From assembly GCF_041146345.1 (NCBI RefSeq), contig NW_027191410.1, positions 1,178,001-1,242,000 of the forward strand: 64,000 nucleotides of DNA, written 5' to 3'. Numbering within the stretch: position 1 is the stretch's first letter; each line of letters opens with the position of its first letter. Shown here one piece after another: positions 1 to 12,600 of the stretch. This DNA comes from Neodothiora populina (taxonomy: Eukaryota). Under the pieces are notes generated by a model. It saw only the letters and a list, made by a program, of their open reading frames with translations, made no database searches and was not told where the DNA came from. The translations under genes and the position numbers were made by a program.

Positions 1-498
1 GGCGCGGTGTCGCTGGATCGGCGGTCCGAGTCAGGCCATACGAGGTTCGGGTACGCCGTATGCAGAATGTCAATGGTATCATGAGTATTTCTGTCCCAGA
101 TCATTATGTACGTTCTTTCCAGACGCTTCCTACAAGTGTCGAGATCTGTCGATGGGTTGCACTTCGACGCTTACCGTCGGCTCGCACCTTAATTTGTGTC
201 GATTCCACACCAACCTTTCCTTATCTACCAACAGATCGCTGTCGATCAGGTGGAGAAAGTGTATCGGGATGTCACGTTGCCCTGAGGCTAGCTACAGTGG
301 CTGTTGGGATTTATTCTTTTTATGATTAGGCTCTCTGCCAGTGATCTGACAGAGAATACGATATTGTTTCATTAACCATCACTCGTAGCATCCCTTGCTG
401 GTTTTTCCTGCATAGCAGTTCCCAGTGTTTCGGTTCCTCTCTAAGTCGACCTCGGAGAAGCTACCGACCGGTAATCATGTTGAGCTTGGATAGCTGTT

Positions 499-2196
499 TC
501 AAGCGTCAATCTCAAGCCTTTCCTCCCTGTCAAGGATGGCACGTAGCTTCTGCGATTCACGCTCTCGTCCCTGGATTCTGATTTGCTCCAATCGCTCGAC
601 GCCCTGTCGAATGTGCTCGATATGCATCTCAAGAGGGAGACCATCAAGTACCCCGACAGCTTCGGGCTGTCCAACTCTGTGTCTGAGATCTTCCAGATTG
701 TTCGAGATCGCCTGCAATTTGACTACTGTGCCGGCTACATGCGCAGTAGCGAGTTTGCGATAGGTCGAGACATCGTTCAGGAGCTGAAGCTTACTGTTGA
801 GCCGCGCAACCGAGTTTTGATTACCACCCAGCCATGTCCACAAGTTGGCCAAGAGTTCGTCCTTGTTGTCTTGGATCTTCGCGCCATCCCTCACAGCAAT
901 GTCACCAATCAATTGCAAGCGATTGTCGAGATTGTCGAGTACTATAAGCAGTGCTTCTGCTTCGATGATCAATGCTTCGATCTCTGTCTGGATCGTAGCA
1001 GTATGGCGGAGATATTGCTCAACTAACAATTCTTGTGTCATTTGTTGGGCTGGGAGGAAAGGCGTGAAGATGTTGATATTAGACATTAAGCGACTTATGC
1101 TACCTCGATGAGCTTCATCGTCTGCAACGCCGCTGATGACTTGTAAGGTCCACTTGTTGGTAGTCAAGATTTTGTCTACGCCTCTGCCAATGCGAGTGTT
1201 GTATCTTGAAAGATCCTTTGAGGCTTGTCTAGCTGTGTCGATGAAGCCAGTAAACTCGAAGACAAGCTCGTTACGCGAAGGAAGTTTCGAGTGCTCAACA
1301 ATAGTCCTCAAGTCGCGGATGGAGGCTTCTGAGTGTTTCATGGCCAGGGGTAGAGCACCTTCTCCTACAGAGGCCGACAAGACCTCATCGATAGCGGATT
1401 GAGCAGTAACTAATTTGTCGAATTCCACTGGACCAGTCGGCATATTATGGAAAGGCTCGCAAAATGGCAGGTTGAGCAAGCTAGATCCTGGGATCCGACA
1501 CAGAGGTGTTAAAGCTGTGTTGACAGACTTCGTCACGAAATTCTTGCCCATAATGAAAATTCCTACGAGGAGCCACAAGGCCAGTCCATAGGATAGGATC
1601 GGCTTGGCAAATTGAGCTGCGATACCCAAGACAGACAGAGCATACTGAAGCATCGGTAAGAGTACATGGGATCCGAACATGGTAAGATAATTGGTCCCTT
1701 CATAATCGGTGTTAGGGGTTGGTTTGTTCGTGCGTTTCTTCCCTTGCGAAGTCCTCTTGGGGGTGGTACCGGAACGATCAGGGGAGAATTGCTGTGAAGA
1801 CATGGTGTTTCTCTGTCGCTTGCCTTGGTCTGGCAGGCTGTCCATACAAGGCATTATGAATTCTGCTCCTGCCGGCTGCACAGACCTGGTGGTTCTTCTT
1901 CGCGGTGACTCTCCATATGCTGTTTGTGCGATACCGCCCCTCGTGATCCCATCCCGAACAGAACGTCTGCGTCCAGACATGCTGTTTTGTACTGTTGATG
2001 CATGAGATGGCCGGACTTGATCGTCGTTGATTGCCTGCCTATGACGTCTAGTCTCGCTTTCTGGGGAATACGTCTGATGATCAATATGTTGGCTCTCTTC
2101 TGAACTGACTGAATTGGCCTCCTCAGCCCACCCATCTATATTTGATGCCCACGAGGAAGACATCTGAGGGGGTGCGCCACGGTAGTTTCTCGACAT
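499..2196 (-). CDS. Fungal hypothetical membrane protein (disordered N-terminus, hydrophobic segment, helical/coiled-coil C-terminus)
   Basis: Uninterrupted 565-aa ATG-initiated ORF with a hydrophobic stretch (aa ~175-215) followed by a long amphipathic helical region; no family recognised. Confidence 0.8.
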   Translation of the reverse strand: MSRNYRGAPPQMSSSWASNIDGWAEEANSVSSEESQHIDHQTYSPESETRRHRQAINDDQVRPSHASTVQNSMSGRRRSVRDGITRGGIAQTAYGESPRRRTTRSVQPAGAEFIMPCMDSLPDQGKRQRNTMSSQQFSPDRSGTTPKRTSQGKKRTNKPTPNTDYEGTNYLTMFGSHVLLPMLQYALSVLGIAAQFAKPILSYGLALWLLVGIFIMGKNFVTKSVNTALTPLCRIPGSSLLNLPFCEPFHNMPTGPVEFDKLVTAQSAIDEVLSASVGEGALPLAMKHSEASIRDLRTIVEHSKLPSRNELVFEFTGFIDTARQASKDLSRYNTRIGRGVDKILTTNKWTLQVISGVADDEAHRGSISRLMSNINIFTPFLPAQQMTQELLVEQYLRHTATIQTEIEALIIEAEALLIVLDNLDNRLQLIGDIAVRDGAKIQDNKDELLANLWTWLGGNQNSVARLNSKLQLLNDVSTYRKLATAHVAGTVVKLQAISNNLEDLRHRVGQPEAVGVLDGLPLEMHIEHIRQGVERLEQIRIQGRERESQKLRAILDREERLEIDA

Positions 2197-2525
2197 GACT
2201 ATTATACTATCACACCTGTGGTCCTGGATGATGTGGTAAGGTCCGATCAGAATTCACTGGAGATTTGTTGCGCGTGGAAGTTATGGACTCTAGCAGGATG
2301 AAATATGATGGGACATATCCATTCGAGCACGGAATATTTAATACTTCAGGAATGGATCACGTTGCCACAGAGGAATATGCGACCTGGAACGGATGCGTGT
2401 TAATAATCCCTGTTTTGGCAGACGCGTTATGGTCAGCGCGCGTCACAATGCTTGGCGTGTATTTACGTCACATGCTGGATTCAAATGTGGAACTCAGAAC
2501 ATCAGAGGCGGTCTAGCGATGCAAC

Positions 2526-3704
2526 ATGTTGCGGCATATCCGTAGCAAGAGACGTGGACTGCAAACTCCGAAAGTACTGCTCTTCCCTGATCAACATTGT
2601 TATAGCTATTATGGTTGCCGCCGTGAGACTGGAGGCCTGCTGTATGGCAGTAACCATGGCATGGTCAGCCATCGCCTCTCCGTACAGACTCGCTCCTTGT
2701 TCACGGGCATCTCACCTTTTGTTCTAGTACCTGGATTGTTTGTAGGCTTGTTGCTTGCTCATTGGGTGCACAAGTGTCTCCTTATGGTTCTGTTCCAAAA
2801 CAAAATCGTATATATGCCGTCACTTCCGCCGGGATCTAGACGAGAGAAGCTCGAGAGTTATAGTAAAGCAGTCGCACCTGTGTCTTGGGAAGAGACAAAG
2901 ATCAAGTCTCTAGATGGTACTGATCTATCCTTGGCCGTTGCTCAACTACGAGACTTACCTCGAACCAATGAGATCAACGACGAGCGCATGTTGAGAGTCA
3001 TTGTCTACTTCCAAGGAAATGGCGCGTCTCTGCCCCCCCGAACCCTAATGCTGTCGAATGTACTACGTTCTGTTGCATCAAAAAACTCGCATGACGAATG
3101 GATCATGGTCGGTCTCTCCTATCGAGGATACTGGACCTCCTCTGGACATGCGCATCAGAAAGGAATCGAAAAGGACGCCGAGGCTGTGATGGACTGGGTG
3201 CTTAGCAGCTACCTTTCACCCCATCGCAATGTGGATCTCATTCTGTGGGGCCAGAGCATCGGCTCTGGTGTTGCTGCTTTTGCAGCGGCAAGGTACACCG
3301 AAAAGTACTGTGACGATAGTGCCAATTGGAAGGCGCCACCTATATCTCGTCTCATACTGGAAACACCGTTCGTCAGTATAAAAAGTATGCTTGCGGCTCT
3401 GTATCCAGATTGGTGGGTCCCATATCGCCATCTATGGCCATTCCTGCGAAGCTGGTGGGACAGCGAGGAAGCTCTGAGGAAGATTGCCTCAACGAAGCAG
3501 TCCCCTAAGATACTCATGGTCATAGCTTCACGAGATGAGATCGTTCCTCCTATCCAAGCTGATCAGCTTGAGCAGCTATGCAACGATCTACAGCTCGATT
3601 TACAGAGACGGAATGTGCTCGGCGCATTGCATACACAAGCAAGCTCACTTGAGGTGGGCAAGAACATCATTGTGGAGTTTTTGACTTCGACAAATCAGCG
3701 GTGA
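2526..3704 (+). CDS. Alpha/beta hydrolase, ABHD13/BEM46-like
   Basis: 392-aa ORF; FQNKIVYMP after a TM segment, YFQGN, SYRGYW, nucleophile elbow GQSIG, Asp in RDEIVPP, C-terminal His (ALH). Start codon uncertain. Confidence 0.85.
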   Translation: MLRHIRSKRRGLQTPKVLLFPDQHCYSYYGCRRETGGLLYGSNHGMVSHRLSVQTRSLFTGISPFVLVPGLFVGLLLAHWVHKCLLMVLFQNKIVYMPSLPPGSRREKLESYSKAVAPVSWEETKIKSLDGTDLSLAVAQLRDLPRTNEINDERMLRVIVYFQGNGASLPPRTLMLSNVLRSVASKNSHDEWIMVGLSYRGYWTSSGHAHQKGIEKDAEAVMDWVLSSYLSPHRNVDLILWGQSIGSGVAAFAAARYTEKYCDDSANWKAPPISRLILETPFVSIKSMLAALYPDWWVPYRHLWPFLRSWWDSEEALRKIASTKQSPKILMVIASRDEIVPPIQADQLEQLCNDLQLDLQRRNVLGALHTQASSLEVGKNIIVEFLTSTNQR

Positions 3705-3824
3705 TAGTTCTCGACAATTTTTCGAAATTCCACGTCGTAAGACGCTAGGAGATTATGTACACCCGTGCGCCTTTCGTGCGCCAATAATTTATTGATGGCT
3801 TCGAGCTCATAATGAGAGTCAATA

Positions 3825-5228
3825 CTAGGGCTCTACCGGACTCTGAGTCATCTGCTGGTCGCCATGTGACTCACTTTTCTTGAGTCTCCAAGTAGAGCTG
3901 TTGCTCGACTTTGCCCTCTCAAGCATTTCCTTCCCGCCGTACTTCGCCATCATTCGTTCCTCCGTCTGCTGCTCCGCAGCCACAGCAGCTATACATCTGC
4001 GATGCATACCCATCTTTGCTAGAGGCAGTAGCACAATCTCGTATGCGAAGAGGATTGGAAGAGCCTGGTATAGTCGATTCGGCGCCCCTCCGGAAAGGAC
4101 CTGTATCAGCACCTGCCATAACTCGTGCGCTGGCAAAGCGTAGCCTATCCTGTAGAACCCAGGATTGAGCTCAAATGGGAAGATGGAGGAGGTGACATTG
4201 ATAATAACCCAGGTGACAATGAAAGGCGGAAGAAACTGGATCGGAATGTAGGCGGTGACAACGTCCATGATCAGGAAGTTGATGTGCATGTAGAGCCAGA
4301 AGATGAGCCAGACACACATGAACTGTCCGCCACTTACATCCAAGCTTTCCTTGAAGGCCCATACGACACTGGTCACGCAAAGTGAGCCAATGAAAGTAAA
4401 GAGGGAAGAGAGCACCGCGCGGATGATAATGTTGTCCACAATCGGAAGGTGGTTGTAGATGCCAAATTTGGCGGCGATGCCATTGAACGACAAAAGCCAA
4501 AAGAACTGCATGATGATCGGCAGGACCACAGTCACCGTATTGTAAAGTACGCGACTGCCTTGAGTGGAGGGCTGGATGTTGATGCTGTTGGCAGTCCAAG
4601 GCGAGAGGAATATCTGCAAGGCACTCGGCTCTTGCTGATTCAATGTTCTCAACGCTCCAGTCCCATTCATATGATTGTACGTGATTCGCGCGACTTGCAC
4701 AAGCTGCTCCAAGTTCGCTCTGAGATACCCATCTGCAGCTGCAGCATATCGTGCTTCGTTCCAGACGTAGGTGATCACATCGCTCGTGTTATAAGTGCTA
4801 GTAGCCGAGCCGCCACGAAGAGCAGCTTCCAGCCGTGCTGAGGAGCCACTGTGAGTGTATATACCAGCCCAGTAATCGCCGTTTCTGACAGCGTCAAAGA
4901 CATGTGAAGGATCCGGATATCTGACGGTAGTCCCATGATGAACTGCAGGGAATGGGTCGCTCTCGAGGGTAGCGATGGCAGCTTGCAAGCTATGAGCGAT
5001 GACGCTGTCATCATAATTGACCATGAGGACACTGAGGCTGTGAGCCCTGTGCGAAACCCGGAACAACGACCCATATAAATAGCAATAAATGAGTAGAAAG
5101 ACGACTTGTAGCATGAGTGAGCTTGCCACAAGTGCTTTCAGAAGCGGCTTCTTTTTCCCCTTCCAGAACTCATGGGACCTGTGTAGCCTCGCTGGCACTG
5201 GAGGGGATAGTGTATCATGAATAGTCAT
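3825..5228 (-). CDS. SNG1-like (DUF3533) multi-pass membrane protein
   Basis: 467-aa ORF; N-terminal TM, luminal domain (YWAGIY, WNEARY), several C-terminal TMs with FYRIGYALPAH motif. Confidence 0.85.
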   Translation of the reverse strand: MTIHDTLSPPVPARLHRSHEFWKGKKKPLLKALVASSLMLQVVFLLIYCYLYGSLFRVSHRAHSLSVLMVNYDDSVIAHSLQAAIATLESDPFPAVHHGTTVRYPDPSHVFDAVRNGDYWAGIYTHSGSSARLEAALRGGSATSTYNTSDVITYVWNEARYAAAADGYLRANLEQLVQVARITYNHMNGTGALRTLNQQEPSALQIFLSPWTANSINIQPSTQGSRVLYNTVTVVLPIIMQFFWLLSFNGIAAKFGIYNHLPIVDNIIIRAVLSSLFTFIGSLCVTSVVWAFKESLDVSGGQFMCVWLIFWLYMHINFLIMDVVTAYIPIQFLPPFIVTWVIINVTSSIFPFELNPGFYRIGYALPAHELWQVLIQVLSGGAPNRLYQALPILFAYEIVLLPLAKMGMHRRCIAAVAAEQQTEERMMAKYGGKEMLERAKSSNSSTWRLKKSESHGDQQMTQSPVEP

Positions 5229-6093
5229 TACGTATAATAATTCTTTGACAGAAAATGCTATACAGTTATGGGAAGGGCTCTACCTTTCAGAGGTAGAGTG
5301 ATGCCATAGTTATAGCACATCATCTGCGCACCCATCTCCGACCTACCGCGATCTACATACGGCTGTTCGGTTCCATGAAAAGTCCGTAGCTGCAAAGGAG
5401 TTTCAACGAGAATGGTCGTGAGACAGTGGTGGTTGACATGATGCATCTTCTCGTCGCAGGTTGTTGTTTCGGCCTCGAAGTCAAAAACCACCATAAGCCG
5501 TAGGTCCAGAATAGACATATGTCCATCTTCGCTTTGCCTTCTCGGGTCGGAAAGTATGGATGGCCGCTCCATTGCTTTGATCGTACTCCACACTAATTAC
5601 TGCTCCACACTATCAGTACGTGTATGGTACATCTCTCAATCTCGCTGGATTCCAGTCGGTGTTCATAAACGCCGACTGAATACCTAAAACACTAGATCTG
5701 TATTACCTCACGGTACGAAGTTGACATGGCTTCTTGTAGGAACTTCTCGAGATAGAAAGGTGGAAACAGTCTAAGCTTGGTCTCATACACTCAGTAGTGT
5801 ATTTGAAAATAAGGTTATACTGGAAAGCCATGAAGGTTGGCGAGTCAATTGTCGCACTCATCGTTTACAGACTTCTATCAAAAATGGCAAGCGCGTCCAG
5901 CTCGCTTCGCGAGAACAAAGTGATCCTTCACCAGATGATTCGTCCACTTTTCCGCCATACATAACAATGATTTCTCCCAATTGTGACTCCGATAGCACCA
6001 TGCTCCCTTCCTCCATCCAAATGCATGAATGACGCTGAAAAGCGACGTGTGTAGGTATAGACAGTAAATTAAGAAAAAATGTATTATCATAAA

Positions 6094-9000
6094 TCAGGAC
6101 AATCCAGCGGGGAAAGTCGCGGTCCGCGGACTGTCCATAGAATTGGGTCTCGAGTGTTGTTTGACGATGAACGTGTTATGTCCATTCACAGCGACAGAAA
6201 TTGGTGACTCAGTCCGAGTCGGTGGATTTATTGCTGCAGGTCTTATCCCTGACGGCTTCAATGGAGCCGGTGCTGGCTTCTCCATGGGATTGATGTCTTC
6301 GTCTCCCTCTTCTGGAATAGGCGCGCAGTATTCCTTGAGTACTTTTTTAAGAGCCGGTCTGCGGATAGGCTTGCTCAAAAAGTAGTTCATCCCGGACTCA
6401 AGGCAGTCCTTGACATTGCTTTCTTCCGAAAATGCGGTTAGCGCGACAATAGGTGCCTGGTAGCCCATTTCACGTATCAAGCGTGTGGATTGTAGCCCAT
6501 CAAGATTTGGCATCTGCACATCCATGAAGATGAGGTTGTAGCCCTGGTGGGTTGGGTTGGTCATGCTTTCTTTAACCAAGTCCAAAGCTTCTTGACCATC
6601 TTTGGCTACAGTCACATCATAGATATCTTCCAATTTGAGCATTCTCAGTACGACCTCCTGATTGACCTTGTTGTCCTCGGCGACTAAAACTCTGATCTTT
6701 CCGGTGGTGCCAGCGTCTTGAGCGATCTTATCCATTGCGGCAGCTTGTGATCCCGGAGACTCCATCGGTTGGTTAGAAGCAAAGAAGGGTTGACTAAGGC
6801 CAACAAGACGAGGTTGTGAGTCAGGCTGATAAGCCGTCGCAGTCGGCTCCCGAACAGAGAGACTGGGCGAAGGAGCGCGAGACGTATGTGGCGAAGGGTA
6901 TGATTTGCGAGATTCATCATCACCACCACGGAGGACTGGTGAGCGTGCACCACCTTGCTCTCCGGAGCCTCGCGGGTTGTTGAAGACGACCGAACTTGCT
7001 GTGCTATCAGACCGACTGAATAGATGTCTGAGGGGTATGCGCATCGTGAAGGTACTTCCACGATTGACCTCGCTTTCAAGTTCTACAGTACCGCGCATAA
7101 GACCTGCCAATTGGGAGCAGATGCTCAAGCCGAGTCCTGTTCCTCCGAATTTCTTACTGAGACCTAGATCTCCTTGCACGAACGGCTCAAAGATGCGTTG
7201 TTGTAAATTCTCTGCGATACCTGGACCAGTATCCTGGCATTCGAACTCAAACAACAAATTCCTGCCAGGCGGTGGTGTGCCAGGCCTCTCTGAAGCGAGC
7301 ATGTGGGCGATGTTCTGCGTTCTTTCTGAAATGGGGCCGATCTCGTTTGCCGTGCCAGAGATGCGATGCTTTTGGGTCAATGCGAGCGAAGCATCTGAGT
7401 TGTGTTTCCGACTCGATACTTGTTTGGAGCCTTTCGAAGCCACAGATGTCTTCCGACTGCCTGTGACTGGAGCTTCACCCACACAGCGTATAGTCAGAAC
7501 GACCGAGCCGCCAGCGGGTGTGAACTTCAGACTGTTTGACACCAAATTGATGACAACTTGCAATATGCGGTGTTGGTCACCCCATAGGATCATGTCCTTC
7601 ACGCGTCCTGTGCCAAATGGTCCGAAATCTCTTGAGTCTTCTTCTCCAGGCATGATGATGCCGCTGCTTTCCGTACCTTGAAAGTCGACGCGAAGAGTGA
7701 TTTGACCTTCCTTGGCTTGTTTTTCGAAGATGGCGAGTACTTGCGAGCTGATTTCGCGCAGTCTGAACTCCTTCTCGTCAAGTTGCAATTGTTGGCCAAC
7801 CTGGTTTTTACTGAACGTCAAAAGATCAGTCAGCAGATTGAGAAGAAGATCTCCACTTTTGTAGATAATCCCAAGCGATCTCTTCAATTTCACTGGGTCG
7901 TCTTCCTGCATACAAACTGCACACATGCCCAGAATGCCGTTGAGGGGCGTCTTCAGTTCGTGCGAAATATTTGCAATGAACAGCGTCTTGCTCTCGTTGG
8001 CAGCTTCCGCAGCCTTCTTGCTCAATTCTAGCTCGGCTGTACGCTGTTGTACCCTCTCTTCGAGCTTTTCATATTGCATCATGAGCTCGTCAGACATCTC
8101 GTTGAAAGTCCGGGTCAGATCCGTGAGCTCGTCTTGGACACAATGGTTCCGGTCTTTAACTTTGCCAGGTATTCGGTATTGCCGCCGTCTCGCTGCCTCT
8201 TTGCGCTCCTTGCGCTTTGCTTGTGTCAATGCTCTCTTCTCGCCCCAGCCCTTGACATTGGGGAAGAAGCCCTCTTTCCGAGCGATCACAGCATCTGCAT
8301 CGTCGCTGGAACCATCGATACCAGGCGATTCGGCGAATGTTTCGTGTGAATCTCGGCTGTAATTGCTTTCCGTGTAGCCGACAGGAAGGACGGACCGTCG
8401 AGTGGCCTCTCTGAGTCTGCGAATCGGAGCGCTGGCGAAGTGAGCCAGCGGCCAGGAAAGCAGGAGCATGCCACCGAGTGTTCCGAATATACAGGCAATA
8501 AGAACTTTGCGCAGGTGCGCGATTGGCTCCCAGACTTCTCCACGCGACTGCTCAACGACTATGGCCCAGTCGACAAGTTGTGTATTCAGCACGGCAAAGC
8601 CGACGGATACTTTGTTGCCAACTTCATTCTTCGCATAGATCGAACTTCCAGCATTATTGATAGATTCCTGGTCCTCCATGAAAGCTTTGCCAACAGCGGG
8701 GAACTGCTCCAGGGTGAAGGGGGTGGATATACCTGGGCTGCAGCAGTAGGATGGCGGTTCTTGCTCGTGGGTGGCAGCGGCCACAGATATTGGACGCTCA
8801 CATTGGAGGGGTCGGCGGTGGGACCATCAGATGAATCCCATAGCACATTGTTGGGAAAATGATTTGTAGTGTTGGTAGGGCCGATCAGTAAGGTCTCGCC
8901 CGTTTTCCCCAGGCCTTCTGGCGAGGTCGTGATCTCAGCGAGTAGACGTGCATCGCAGACAATGCTTAGCCAACCCAAGACGTCAATAGCGGACGTGTTG

Positions 9001-9683
9001 TTGATGATCGGCAGAGTAAGAGATAGCAGGGAGAAAGACGCATTCACATGATATGGCCCTATGACAAGTGTAGAGTTCGGGCCCTTCAGTGTCTGTCCAT
9101 TGTAGATAGCCTGAGCCGCGCTAAAAGTGTCGTTGATGTATTCGGAAGTATAGGTCAAATTAGGATAGAGTTCGGAAGGATAACCGTAATCTGGGTCTCC
9201 GAGTAGGACTCTGGAGCCATTTGGGGACGAGTAAGGTAGCTGGATCTCTGGTATATTCTGTCCGGTGACGTTGAGTAAGCTCGAAGGACCTGCAAGACCA
9301 CTAGCATTCTTGGGAAAGATCTTGGTCTGGAGCAGAAGGGCTTGACCAATTCCACCAGTATTGCCTCCTCCAATCGCGGCTTGCATATCGTTTGCTGCAT
9401 TGATCCAATTGGCTGCAGTGTTGTTGCCCTGCGCGTTATACCGGCGAAGAGCAGACTGTATCAGGACCCTACTAGAGACAAATTGCGCACTGTTCTGAAT
9501 CAAGTTGAGGCTCGAGACGAGCTGGGCAGCTTTGAGAGATGCAGTGAGCGACAAGCGTGTCGACCGTATGTCCAAGACGAAGGAGTGGTTCGTATACCAA
9601 GTCGCCAGCGCAATAATCATTAGGCCCAGACCAGAGGCCAGTACGACAAGCCCTGCGAGCTGTTCCCTGATTGGGATCCTCAT
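6094..9683 (-). CDS. SLN1: Osmosensing hybrid histidine kinase (SLN1/TcsB type), split by a 1-nt frameshift near 8720-8730
   Basis: ORF 8586-9683: MRIPIREQL start, TM1, extracellular domain. ORF 6094-8784: TM2, HAMP (DELTDLTRTFNEM), HisKA (FIANISHELKTPLNGILG), HATPase (NLVSNSLKFT, DTGPGI, GGTGLGLSI), receiver (VAEDNKVNQ, FMDVQMP). Confidence 0.9.
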
Positions 9684-12600
9684 TTTGCCTGCAGTGAGCT
9701 TCCAGGTATCCGAGACAGTAAGGCTTTTGTTGTCGTGCCGGTCAACACCTGTGGGACGTCGGGGTGGAGTGAGTGCTAGTTTGGCTCGACTATGCCAAAG
9801 GATTCAATCAAATTCGCGAGGACAGTCGAAGGTCACACTCGATGTCAGCGGCGGACGGAGTGTTCAGAGAAGTCGCCAAAGGATCCGTCAAGGCCCATAC
9901 CGCAGCCACGTTGCTATAGAGGCAGTCAATGCTGGTAAAGACAAAGAACCGGCGTCTTCAATGAAGCCGGTCTACTGATCGTGCTTGAAGCAAGCCTTGG
10001 ATACGCTATTCGATTCAGGTTGTACAAGGAAATTGTATGTATGCTCGAAGATGGTACTGCAGCTTACGTGCAAGGCCGAAGCTGTATGAAGGTGAACGAC
10101 GAAGAAACAGGCGGATGCAACAAATGAACGTGGGGTGCGTGGAGGCGTTGCGGATTATTGGCAGATCCGCTCGATCAAAATTAGTGCAGGTATCTGGTCG
10201 TGAAGCCTTTCCAGAAGTCGAAACGGGATATGTCCAATGGGCGCAACGGACAAAAACTGCCGCTTTACGAGGACGAAAAATAAAAAGGATAAAGGGGGGA
10301 AAGAGAGAAGACGGTCTGGCACATCAAACGCTGCAGCTAGGTTAAATCAACAACCCGAGAGCATAAGAAGCTTAGCCATGACTACTACCGCACTTGTACC
10401 AGGCCATTAGACTCATCGCATGGGCACCTGAGATGTGGCTAAGGAATGCTTGCACAAGTTACCAAGGTACCTGACGTGCTGCCTTGCCCAAAAGTAGACG
10501 CATGTACAGTACAGCAGCACGCACACTGGCGGTAGCCCCCTGCCTTACTTTAGATGCCGCTGCGGCTACGAGCACCTTAGGTAGCGATGGAGGCTCGGGC
10601 GGAGTGTACTCGTGCATTTACCATGCCGTGCTGCAGCACTGTATCACTGCCCCGGCTGCTGTTTCTCCTTTTGTGCAAAGTGCTCGTGCATTCCGTCCGG
10701 ATGACCCGCCTGTCCAAGGTGCCAACTCCGCATCCCATTCAACACTAATTACAGGTTACGAAGGGGTTGAATGGTTCCGGACATATGATTGCGCAAACTC
10801 TGCCTCAAGCTTCACCCGTCGGCAGCCTATTGTTGCGATTGTCATGTTTGATAGAGGGCGGAACAATGCGTGCGACGCCCTAGACCCGCCCTAAATATCG
10901 AGGTCCTAGCTCGGCCCGTACTTGGCCGTCGTTTTCCTTCTAACGTGCCTTCAGAGCTTGCTTTCACCTATGAAACACCCTGAGCTGAAGGGTGACATTG
11001 CGCACCGTGTTTGCCTCATTGGCCCGGCATCGTAGGATCGACTATCAATCTTGCTTAGCTTGGATGAACCGACGCGATCTGAGTACTTGGAGGCTCGCTG
11101 ACAAGATATCATCTGGTAGAAGTCATCAATATGCGAATAATGTCGCCAAAGACCCTACATCAGACCGGCCACCGCCGGATGGTCAGGCACTGAACTCTGT
11201 CTGCTGTTCTGCCACGTTACTCTTGAGGGCTTCGCCCCATGAGTTGAAGCTAGGTAGCCGAGTCCTCCATTTTAAGAGTGTTCATTGCCGAAGGCAAAAT
11301 AAGTTCTCAATAGCAGTGGGCCAGTAATGGCCGGGTTCAGACGCGCGGCGATCGCGAGATGAAATTATTGGCGCTGGGGAAAATCTTGCGTTCTCGACTC
11401 GACTTCAAGCCACGCATCTGCTCCTACAAGATGATCATTACTTTCTTCGATCTGCCTGTAAAACTGCTTTCTTGGACAGGATCTTTGGAATGGGCGATCA
11501 CCCCATGCGGCGGAGTGTCTGAGACGTGTGGCCCTTGCATTTGGGCAAGTGCTGAATCCTTAGCTCAGACTAGCGCAATATACTGCACTGTAAGTAGCTT
11601 CTCCACGCTAATCCAAGATTTCCTTGGTACTGAGCCGTACTGCAGTACTGAAATGTGCCACTCCTGTTGCCATGCACAGAATAAGGTAAGTACTGGACCT
11701 ACGTTCAAGTCGTGATATACTGTACAGCAAAATGTACCTGTACGGTCGACGTGTTCCTGCAATCTTCCACGTGTCTTCGGGAACCTGTAAATACGGGATG
11801 CTGGCAGTGATTCGGAGGGTGAGATCCACGGAGCCGACTCCATCCGATCCTTCGAACATACCTCAATAATGTTCGCATTCGACACCTCCCAAGCCACACA
11901 TACCAAGATGCAGGCTGTCTCATAGGTTTGAGCCAAGCCAGCTTTGCTCGTGTACCGCCGAAAATGATACGATCGTTGTTGTTCTTTGACAGCCTGATAT
12001 CACAGTTCTGTGGGGCAAAGCTACGAAACACCACTGTAAGATGCTGGCTTACTGCCTCTGATTCAGAGGATACCTGCTTAACGGCGCATAGTGCTTGTCA
12101 GACAAGCGCTATTATCTGAGATCCCGAGGTACGAATTGCCCAAGTCTCACATATGAGCTGCCTACAGTACGATCACGTGTCGAATCCTTCCTTGTATGAT
12201 CAACATGCCAAATTCGTGCTGATGCAAAGATATGTGTTGTTCTATCCCTGCACTTTGCATCTCATTCAGAAATATTAATTGCAAGCATTTGATCTCTCGC
12301 ATCCATATGGCGTTACTCCTGTGACGCAAGATCTATTGCCTGTGCTCGTGCAGACGTCTTACATGGTCGACCATCAGTCGAGTGTTTTCGAAGGTTCAGT
12401 TCCCGCTCTATAATTTGAGTCCTTGTGGCAAGCTGGGTACCAATGACTCGGTGGGGATCCTAGTAATCAGCTATGAGGTGTTCTTGTCTGCCGCCGTGTG
12501 TTGTCAGACGAACCCACAAGTTGTCAAGATGACATAATTGACAAAGAGGGACAAAGAGGAATAGGTATGTCGACATGAGCACAGATCCAAGTAGCTCAAG

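Noticed and set aside
8715..8730. Programmed -1 ribosomal frameshift in SLN1
   Set aside because: No canonical X XXY YYZ slippery heptamer; an indel is simpler
8730..8802. Intron (donor GTGAGC) explaining the SLN1 frame change
   Set aside because: Available AG acceptors give lengths 42, 64 or 69 nt, none reaching the needed frame, and there is no branch-point consensus
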